29,604 nt of DNA, taken from NCBI GenBank assembly GCA_043813365.1, contig JBDRLB010000013.1:1-29604 (forward strand), in the 5' to 3' direction. Shown here one piece after another: positions 10,501-16,966 of the stretch (the stretch's first letter is position 1; each line of letters opens with the position of its first letter). The stretch is from Candidatus Micrarchaeota archaeon (lineage in GTDB: Archaea; Micrarchaeota; Micrarchaeia; Norongarragalinales; SBBD01). The notes beneath the pieces are model-generated. The model ran no database searches, was not told where the DNA came from, and saw nothing but the letters and a program-made list of their open reading frames with translations. A program made the position numbers and the translations under genes.

Positions 10501-10853
10501 TTGCATGTGCCGCCATCATTGCTGCAGATCCGGTCGCATGTCATTATGCAGGGAGTCACCCCATAACCATCCGGGCATGTCGAATTTTGCCCGCCGGTTT
10601 TGGTGCCGCAGACTGTATTGGGGGTGCAGATTGGCGTAATGGCGGTCGGGTTTTCGTATATGGGCATTTCAATGGCTGTAGGCGCTTCCGCATACGATGC
10701 TTTCAATGTGGCGAGCAAGTTCCCGGAAGTTCCCGTATTTGAACCTCCGGCAGTTACAACATACCTTGTAGCAAGCGCAACAATGGCCACGAAAACAATA
10801 ACCGCAGAAACAAGCAGCACGTGCTCAAGCGACATCTGGCCGCGTTTTCCCAT
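7551..10853 (-). CDS. Giant class III signal peptide (pilin-like) surface protein A: 10-Cys module, 4-Cys repeat, FG-GAP/VCBS-type beta-propeller, Ig-like domain and LamG domain
   Basis: N-terminus KRG|QMSLE followed by a hydrophobic stretch (prepilin peptidase site with +5 Glu). DxDxDG loops: DVDNDNRHE, GDFDGDGKED, LDASGDGCYD, GDLNGDGINNE and ADLDGDGLSE. LamG motifs: FDGNGDYIQV, TMSIW, WHNYAMTF, YIDG and FNGTLDEAMVFNRSL. Many N-x-S/T sequons. Confidence 0.9.
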   Translation of the reverse strand: MGKRGQMSLEHVLLVSAVIVFVAIVALATRYVVTAGGSNTGTSGNLLATLKASYAEAPTAIEMPIYENPTAITPICTPNTVCGTKTGGQNSTCPDGYGVTPCIMTCDRICSNDGGTCNDCDEYECEALCMPPTPTCAISAAPDEGTGQFTSTITATFSNLLPGTTTAAIKCTASDSGESVSIVGDIASRDCVYPEVGIITAYAASADAGGANCQVTVTDNPEPPCVGVQEVRVTNSTLVANQPFSVYAKFTNCADNSAIFGGKRVLFYPTNMRRYGFRFGQLYNDANRNDIYSTGPAGAYTLALSADALSNTAISLLADPAAVALVDVDNDNRHEYIQGMVSSPHVRQMETTGAVAWGLNNQYSGCRNILAGDFDGDGKEDSGVLCSNNFTAYKASGAATPTRLWSVQNFSGNISYNGNIYEFDVAKMDCEGTAQVAIPFGDGGPWISNVGIAVYNATNGTLLYRHNMTGMGEPRAITHLDASGDGCYDTWAMLTVGTSGSLLWLVNKSGIISTTVIPEGLLNEIASGDLNGDGINNEIVFVASGGDYSIRARTIDQFGAMTSLWQYAHSTLRWNKSSGGSGTSNNMRVADLDGDGLSEVVYVGNGGVVTILNGSGGVPIWYNGSYSVGTPAGSTALKSGKSPGMDISVNSSDNSTLIGWGDGTDLTGYGFNAGNLYVFEYQPCKISINGNPLVAMDWDRNERKWAYRNAAGMPAGTYGYAVYCDGNFSGLGKSEQSGSLTFGAAVASCPAPPYGGPGLLAVTLTSPQNGATSQPTTINFTATVYNGSISDAFIKNMSLWTDVSGTFTLSKTLYPEAPENQTIDENNFLNMSGNNLYFRMNNDLNYGENNAYVYDFSGKNHFGLPQGGATPAMSDGIFGGGYYFDGNGDYIQVADNDLWSPVVQRNMTMSIWARVKPKEVNFGTGGEGGPGGYMMSKMTYEWAIENDRNTLIAFTIWNTGSSNYVFCTKAYNVNDSVWHNYAMTFQDRINLIGYIDGEEVCRSTSFSGTIVSNRPDTLNIGYRDASNYFNGTLDEAMVFNRSLNSTEMLSFYQRSKTYFANFSVGGITGNGAGYIWNVQTYDNNSAQNWGLCNYTVHVGS

Positions 10854-10901
10854 GGTAAAGAGAAAGAAGATTCGATATTTAACGTTAATGCCGAATGGCC
10901 G

Positions 10902-13199
10902 TTATACGACGTTAATGGTAAACGATGGCTGCCGTATGTACACATTGCTCGGGTTGATCACTCTCAGTACCGTCCAAATGGGGCCCAGGCCGTTGCCCGT
11001 GCAATTCAGTAATGTCGAACCGCCCACATTGACAAAATTACAGCTCGCCCTAGAAGGATTCTGCACCGATACGAAATCATACCCCAATTCATTGAGCGGA
11101 TACGTCGGATCGTAGGAATATGCGCTCAAATTGACCGCAACAGAGCCTCCCAACGGAATGTTCATGTTCCCGAAAGAGTTGAAGTACATTCCCACAGTCA
11201 CATTGTAAGTCATTTCGGATGATTGCCCCTGCGAATCAGTTGCCCTCACCCTGATTGCAGCGGTGCCGTTCGCCAAATCATTGCACCCAATGATGTGGTA
11301 TGATGGTGCTGTGAAAACGGAACATGTGACCGCTGCCGGGTTTGAAACGCTCAAGAGCTGGTAATTGAGGGAAAACGCGGCATCTTCATCCCACACCCAG
11401 TCCTCGAGCCTTAACGAAGTAGGCTGCCCAATTGGCCGCGACTCGGGATTCTGGGGAACATCCCACGTCGGCGGGAAATTCTGGGGCGGATTGCCTGTTG
11501 TGTCATTCGAGATCACAAAGCTGCGTGTCTGCCCCACATAGGGCTGGCATCTGGGCCATACCTCGAACTTCATGCGCGTCGCATTTTTCCTTATGCCGTC
11601 CTCCACGGAGCGCACTGATTTCTGGGTTGGGAACGTGAAACTTATAAGCAGCTTGTCATTTGCAGCAGTGCTGCACGCCTCATTCCGCACCCTCAGGAGC
11701 ATCGACCCATCTGCATTGTCGGTTACTTGGGTTGAAAACACAAAATCATTCCAATCGAAGTCGCTCTCATCCTCGATGAGGGCGCAGATATTCCTCGACA
11801 CCTGGGAGCCCCTTACGCGGCAAGGGGTACCGGTGCAAACTCCCGGTGTTCCCGTATTGCAGGAGAACGTCGGGCTATAAACCGATATTTCGGTTGAAAA
11901 GGTTGTTGGATATTGCGGCTTGACTATCAGGTCGTAAAAGCTAGCATTCAAAGGATTCAGGTCGCAAAGGTTGTTGTTGCATGGCGCATTCGGATTCCCG
12001 ATTATGCCCGTAAGGTTCGAGCAAGTTGCGATCAAAGTTGATCCGTGCCATGCATTTGCCTCAATAGATGCATTCGTGTCAAAGGCAAGTTGCGGGAGCA
12101 AGCAGCTCCCTGTTGCCACACCTGAAATAACCGGCACATTCAGCCAGCTGTTGAAATCGCAGCGAATATCCGCACTATTGACCGAAGGAGGCAAATTCGT
12201 GAATGCCGCAATTATGCTTGGATTGAAGGGGCCCGTCCCACTTCCTGGGTTTGACCAGATGCTGCACGTTGGCATCACTCCTTGCCTGCTGGTAACGGTA
12301 GTTGTGCAGCTTGCTTGTGCAACCGAAACATTCGCAATATTTGCCGTATCAACCGGCACCCATCCGTAATAGCATTGCCTTGTTGCAGCCGGATTGGCGC
12401 CTGTTCCTGTAAACACTACTCCCGGATCCGTTGCATTGCATTTTATTGTAATTGGCGCATTTGCAGGCACATTCGTGAAGGAAGCTGAAATTGTGCTTGT
12501 GAATGGGCTTTGCTGCGTTGCGGGATTGGCGGTTATGCTGCATGTAGCTGCAGGCACAGGATTCACGGTAACTGTCCTTATGGGGCATTGCGTATAGCCG
12601 TGATCTGCAGTGATTCCATAGGCAATCGGGGTGGCGCCCGTATTTGTATAAACACAGTGCGCAGTTTCCCATACTCCAGTGCTAATATTCCTCTGAACCG
12701 GTATGTTCTGACTCGGCGAAGTTCCGCACCGCACCACCGCATTATTAGTATTCTGGAAAACCACATCAACATCAACCGTACCGCCGGAATTGACTGTGAC
12801 GGGATTTACGTTTATGCTAGTGCACAATTCACCGGGTGCTTCGCATACTGGAGTGCATGTAGGCACGCTATTGCAGCCGCCGCATATCCCTTCCGCATTG
12901 CAAATCCTTGCGCAAGTGGGCGTGCATGCGCTTACCAACATCTGCCCCGGCGGGCAATCGCGGTTTTCCGGATAATGGTAAATGCCGCAAACCGCACCCG
13001 CAGTGCAGGTCTCAGTAATTGCAGTTGGTGTAACGCCGTAATCGCCTTTTTTTGTCTCGATTTCAGCAGCCCTCTCGCCTGCAATTTCACCCGCAGGAGT
13101 TATCGTATCCCTTACTGCCAATGCGATTATTGCGACAAACAAAATAACCGAACTGATCAGCAGCAGGTATTCAATTGAAGTCTGTGCTTTTGCAACCAT
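10902..13199 (-). CDS. Giant class III signal peptide (pilin-like) surface protein B: 10-Cys module, three 4-Cys repeats, acidic Ca-binding-like motif and two cadherin/Ig-like C-terminal repeats
   Basis: MVAKA|QTSIEYLLLISSVILFVAIIALAVR is a class III signal peptide, and the N-terminal stalk aligns with protein A. It also has an EDESDFDWNDFVF motif and NFPPTW...WDED...IRVRATDSQG. Start 13199 was chosen over 13223 and 13286 because its context (TTTACC ATG G) matches gene A. Confidence 0.88.
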   Translation of the reverse strand: MVAKAQTSIEYLLLISSVILFVAIIALAVRDTITPAGEIAGERAAEIETKKGDYGVTPTAITETCTAGAVCGIYHYPENRDCPPGQMLVSACTPTCARICNAEGICGGCNSVPTCTPVCEAPGELCTSINVNPVTVNSGGTVDVDVVFQNTNNAVVRCGTSPSQNIPVQRNISTGVWETAHCVYTNTGATPIAYGITADHGYTQCPIRTVTVNPVPAATCSITANPATQQSPFTSTISASFTNVPANAPITIKCNATDPGVVFTGTGANPAATRQCYYGWVPVDTANIANVSVAQASCTTTVTSRQGVMPTCSIWSNPGSGTGPFNPSIIAAFTNLPPSVNSADIRCDFNSWLNVPVISGVATGSCLLPQLAFDTNASIEANAWHGSTLIATCSNLTGIIGNPNAPCNNNLCDLNPLNASFYDLIVKPQYPTTFSTEISVYSPTFSCNTGTPGVCTGTPCRVRGSQVSRNICALIEDESDFDWNDFVFSTQVTDNADGSMLLRVRNEACSTAANDKLLISFTFPTQKSVRSVEDGIRKNATRMKFEVWPRCQPYVGQTRSFVISNDTTGNPPQNFPPTWDVPQNPESRPIGQPTSLRLEDWVWDEDAAFSLNYQLLSVSNPAAVTCSVFTAPSYHIIGCNDLANGTAAIRVRATDSQGQSSEMTYNVTVGMYFNSFGNMNIPLGGSVAVNLSAYSYDPTYPLNELGYDFVSVQNPSRASCNFVNVGGSTLLNCTGNGLGPIWTVLRVINPSNVYIRQPSFTINVV

Positions 13200-13224
13200 G
13201 GTAAAAATTTGCCCTTGCCCCATT

Positions 13225-13710
13225 TTAAGGATATGCCTTTTTCCGGTAATTTCTTTCCCCCATTTTCTTGTAGAGCAGCAGCACATCCAGCCCCCAGATT
13301 TTCCTCGCCAGTTTCCCCTTTAATTTGAATCCGTATTTCCCATAAAGTTCCAATGCAATGGCGTTATTCTCGGCAACCAGAAGGTAAACCGCTTCCTTCC
13401 GCTCTTTCATTGCAAATTTCAGCGCTTCCTTCACAAGCTCCTCGCCGATCCCCTTCCTCTGCATCTCCGGAATCACCGCGAGCCCCATGATTTTTATGCT
13501 CTTCCCGTTTTCCTTGAAATCTATGAACCCTGCGGTGTAATTCTCATACAATGCGACCAGGTAATGTATCTTGGGGTTCCTCAGCCGCTTCTCTATCATT
13601 TGCATATTGAATCCGGTATACGGGAAATATTTGCGCGTGAGCACCGTTATTGTGTAAAGCTCCTTCCTGCTTGCAGGCCTTATTGACAATTTGCTTTTTT
13701 GGAATTTCAT
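13225..13710 (-). CDS. GNAT family N-acetyltransferase (RimI-like)
   Basis: Motif A LAVIPEMQRKGIG and motif B VYLLVAENNAIALELYGKYGF. The start overlaps the PLD stop (ATGA). Confidence 0.92.
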   Translation of the reverse strand: MKFQKSKLSIRPASRKELYTITVLTRKYFPYTGFNMQMIEKRLRNPKIHYLVALYENYTAGFIDFKENGKSIKIMGLAVIPEMQRKGIGEELVKEALKFAMKERKEAVYLLVAENNAIALELYGKYGFKLKGKLARKIWGLDVLLLYKKMGERNYRKKAYP

Positions 13711-14267
13711 TTTGCTTCGGAACCATTACTCCAGTCCGATTCAAATACCTTTTCCAGCTCCCCCGCAAGTTCCGCATTCTCCACAATAACCCCTATCTCC
13801 CGGTTCCGCTGCATCGCATTCCTGCTCCAATTGATGCTACCAGTTAGCACCTTCTTCCTATCAATGATGGCTGTTTTCGCATGCGTATAATTGAATTTCG
13901 GCGAGCTCCATCTTACAATGATCCCCTTCCCCGAAAGGAAATCCGCCGTATCCAAATTCTGGCCCACTTTGGGATCCAGTATGAGTTTCACCTCCACTCC
14001 CCTCGCAGCTGCTTTCACTAGCGCCTCCTTCAAATTCGAATAGGAAAACTCAAAAAGCGTTATGTGAATGCTCCTCTCCGCGGATTCAATTAACGGAATC
14101 ATCTTGCCATCGGCTCCGGGGGAAATCACGGCCTCGACACTCCCGGAAAGGCAGTTATCCTGTGCGAATACTGGCAGCTGGTGCCCATTCACGGAAACGC
14201 ATAGCCAGAATCCCAGGAGTGCCCCCACTATTGCTGCAAATAACAGTTGGTGTTGCGCGCTTCCCAT
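13707..14267 (-). CDS. Single-HKD phospholipase D superfamily protein (Nuc/Zucchini-like) with an N-terminal signal or anchor
   Basis: HAKTAIID...VLTGSINWS..A...NRE motif, AL..AAARGVEVKLILD, and a hydrophobic N-terminus LLFAAIVGALLGFWLCV. Confidence 0.92.
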   Translation of the reverse strand: MGSAQHQLLFAAIVGALLGFWLCVSVNGHQLPVFAQDNCLSGSVEAVISPGADGKMIPLIESAERSIHITLFEFSYSNLKEALVKAAARGVEVKLILDPKVGQNLDTADFLSGKGIIVRWSSPKFNYTHAKTAIIDRKKVLTGSINWSRNAMQRNREIGVIVENAELAGELEKVFESDWSNGSEAK

Positions 14268-14413
14268 ACCAATCTATCCTTGTTTTTCCCGAATAAATCA
14301 GTTGGGTTGCTTTTTTGTAGAAAATCAGTTGATCGTGGATGATGATTCATTAAATGGCAATCCTAGTGAAAATTTACCGATAATTATATAACCACCTCCG
14401 CGTTAATCCTTGC

Positions 14414-15151
14414 ATGCCGGAGAAAGAGCCCAAGCCCTTTGAGAAGGACATAAAGCAAATAGTGGAAAAGGAGCCGAAACCGGCCGAGAAGGAAAAGGCC
14501 GAGGCCGCGGACAAGGCCGGTGCCAGCCTGAGCCTGCACATCCCCGAATTCATCCGCCCAAACCCCTTGCGGATGTGGTTGTTGGGCATACTTTCCGTGT
14601 TCGCCGTGATTTCTTTCCTGTTCCTGCTTTCCATAATTCTTACCGGCCGCCATGTCGGTCCGTCTGTACTGCTGTTCGGGAAGGACTTCTTTTTCATTTC
14701 AGTTGTCTTTTTCATGCTCGGTGGCTTCTTCTACAATCTCTACTTGCCGTTCCTGCAATTCGGCTCGTATTCCTCTTTGCTGGTAATGACCGGGGCGTTT
14801 ATCGCGGAAATTGCTTACCTCTACTTCCTTGCGTGCCTCCTCTCCTCCATTTATGAGCGGCGTCAATGGACATTCGGGGTGATTGCGCTACTTGTGCTGC
14901 TGATTGCCTTCATAATGACGCCTCCGAAGTCGCCGTATAGCGAAATCTTCCCCAAGGCGGAATGCCTCTACCCCGTTGTCCGCGCTGCCGCTTGCTACAA
15001 TTCCGATGGCTCCTGGAATTCCGGCGCCTCAAACATTGATGCGGTAAAGTACCAACTGCCCGAGAAGTGCCTGATGTATGGCGGCGCACTGGATGGTACG
15101 CCCTGGAAATCGGATGAAACGCATTTCAACTGCGGCCCCCCGCCTGCATGA
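14414..15151 (+). CDS. Hypothetical membrane protein (about 4 TM; charged N-tail, Cys-containing C-terminal domain)
   Basis: Long ORF with several hydrophobic segments. A TATA-like TAATTATATA at 14381-14390 lies about 24 nt upstream. Confidence 0.75.
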   Translation: MPEKEPKPFEKDIKQIVEKEPKPAEKEKAEAADKAGASLSLHIPEFIRPNPLRMWLLGILSVFAVISFLFLLSIILTGRHVGPSVLLFGKDFFFISVVFFMLGGFFYNLYLPFLQFGSYSSLLVMTGAFIAEIAYLYFLACLLSSIYERRQWTFGVIALLVLLIAFIMTPPKSPYSEIFPKAECLYPVVRAAACYNSDGSWNSGASNIDAVKYQLPEKCLMYGGALDGTPWKSDETHFNCGPPPA

Positions 15152-15253
15152 GCCAGGCTGGAGGAATTAAGGCGCCTCAGCTACAAAAAATCGCGGCCTT
15201 TTTCAACAAAAATATTATAATATGCTGGGTTTCTAACATATACCTTTGAGGGG

Positions 15254-16318
15254 ATGCAAATGGATTTTGGACAATACCTTAACTGGGAGTTTTTAGGCAA
15301 TACGGGCACGCAGTATGCCACAGCGCTAGCCGCGTTCATTGCGATCAACGTCGCAATCTGGGTATTCAAAACAATTATCTTATCCGGGATGAAACGCATA
15401 GCAAAGAAAACCTCCTTCAAGTATGATGATTTCATCGTCGATTTCATCTCCGAGATCAAGGCGCCTTTCTATCTCATCGTTTCATTGTTCTTCAGCGCCC
15501 GTTTCCTCACTCTCAGTGACTGGATTTTCAAGGCGCTCGAATACGCGCTCGCATTCGCTGTGATGTATTACCTAATCAAAGGCATCCTCCGGATCGTCAC
15601 CCACATGAAGAACATCCTCGCAGACAAGCAGCGCAAGGTGGATGGGGAGCACGATACCTCGATGCTAGATGTCATGGAAAAGTTCGTGCAGGTGATCATC
15701 TGGGCCGTCGGCATCCTCGTCGTGCTTGATAATTTAGGCATAGATGTTACCGCATTGATTGCCGGTTTGGGCATCGGCGGGCTTGCAATTGCAATTGCCT
15801 CCCAAGCGATACTTGCGGACATCCTCGCAGCGCTCAGCATTTATTTCGACAAGCCATTCCGGACGGGCGATTTCATTATTGTAGGCAACGACATGGGAAC
15901 CGTCAAGAAGATCGGCCTGAAGACCACGAGGATAGAGACACTGCAAGGGCAGGAGCTCATAATGAGCAACCAGGAGCTTACTAATTCCCGCGTCAACAAC
16001 TATAAGCGCATGAAGAAGAGGCGCATCGTATTCCCGTTCGGCGTCGTTTACGGGACGCCGGTCTCAAAGCTAAGGAAGATTCCTCAGGCTGTAAAGAAAA
16101 TCATCGACAGCGTCAAGGATTGCAAGGCTGACCGCGTGCATTTCAAGGCGTTTGGCAACTTTTCCTTGGATTACGAGGCAGTTTATTATTTGGATTCCCC
16201 GGATTACAACCGCTACATGGATTCGCAGCAGGAAATCAACCTGAAGATCGCGGAGGCCTTCGAAAAGGACGGCATTGAATTTGCATTCCCGACGCAGACG
16301 GTTTATGTGAAGAAATGA
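15254..16318 (+). CDS. mscS: Small-conductance mechanosensitive channel, MscS family
   Basis: LIAGLGIGGLAIAIASQ..L.DILAALSIYFDKPFRTGDFI, GTVKKIGLKTTRI, NNYKRMKKRR, FGNFSLDYE and GIEFAFPTQTVYV. Confidence 0.96.
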   Translation: MQMDFGQYLNWEFLGNTGTQYATALAAFIAINVAIWVFKTIILSGMKRIAKKTSFKYDDFIVDFISEIKAPFYLIVSLFFSARFLTLSDWIFKALEYALAFAVMYYLIKGILRIVTHMKNILADKQRKVDGEHDTSMLDVMEKFVQVIIWAVGILVVLDNLGIDVTALIAGLGIGGLAIAIASQAILADILAALSIYFDKPFRTGDFIIVGNDMGTVKKIGLKTTRIETLQGQELIMSNQELTNSRVNNYKRMKKRRIVFPFGVVYGTPVSKLRKIPQAVKKIIDSVKDCKADRVHFKAFGNFSLDYEAVYYLDSPDYNRYMDSQQEINLKIAEAFEKDGIEFAFPTQTVYVKK

Positions 16319-16363
16319 CGGGCGTAACCAAAGGAAAAAAGAGCCAACATTTTATTATCCGGG

Positions 16364-16879
16364 TTAGTTGCCCCTTTCTCTTAGTTGTTTCCAGAGTGCA
16401 GACTTGAGCTGTTTAGGAAGGCGTTTTTTTTGCCAATCCTGCCAACCTTTCCGCAATTTTTTTGGAAGGTGCCGAAATTGCCAGTCGTATTCCTTTACAA
16501 TTTTTACATCGGCATTCGCAGGATCCGCCGCTGCAACCGCCTTAAAGGCGTAGAAAGAGGGGCCATATGCGTGCTGGGGAACATGCGCAGTTGCAACCGC
16601 ATGGCCTGCTGCACGCGCGGCAAAGCAAGCCGCACTATTCCCTTTCGCCTCTCTTGCAGCAGTGTGACTATCCAGCGACGCTTTGCGAATATCCGCCATT
16701 TTGAATACGCCTATGTGGACCCATCTCCTGCATGCCTCTATGGCTTTGCGGGGCCTCTTGTCCTTTGGGAATGCTTTCTCAAAAAACGGAAGCACCCGTT
16801 CTGCAGTGTCCGCAGCCCAGCTTGCGAGCAATTTCTGGTCCTGTCTGCTGATTTTGCCCATAGCATCCATTACAATCAT
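16364..16879 (-). CDS. Imm5-like putative immunity protein
   Basis: LLASWAADTAERVLPFFE..FP.D.RPRKAIEACRRW and AARAAGHAVATAHVPQHA resemble the alanine-rich Imm5-like family. The start may instead be ATG 16870 or 16861. Confidence 0.75.
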   Translation of the reverse strand: MIVMDAMGKISRQDQKLLASWAADTAERVLPFFEKAFPKDKRPRKAIEACRRWVHIGVFKMADIRKASLDSHTAAREAKGNSAACFAARAAGHAVATAHVPQHAYGPSFYAFKAVAAADPANADVKIVKEYDWQFRHLPKKLRKGWQDWQKKRLPKQLKSALWKQLRERGN

Positions 16880-16966
16880 TAAAAATAAAACCTACCTCTT
16901 CATGCCGCACTAACAATTTTGAAATCCTTATAAATGCCGTTAAACTATTCAATAGAGGTGATTCCT

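Noticed and set aside
13200..13286. N-terminal extension MCCCSTRKW... of protein B shown in the ORF track
   Set aside because: It overlaps the GNAT gene and would bury the class III signal peptide. ATG 13199 matches the paralogue's start context.
13225..14267. PLD plus GNAT as an anti-phage or toxin-antitoxin module
   Set aside because: The PLD has an export or anchor segment, and there is no RHH antitoxin, helicase or methyltransferase partner nearby.
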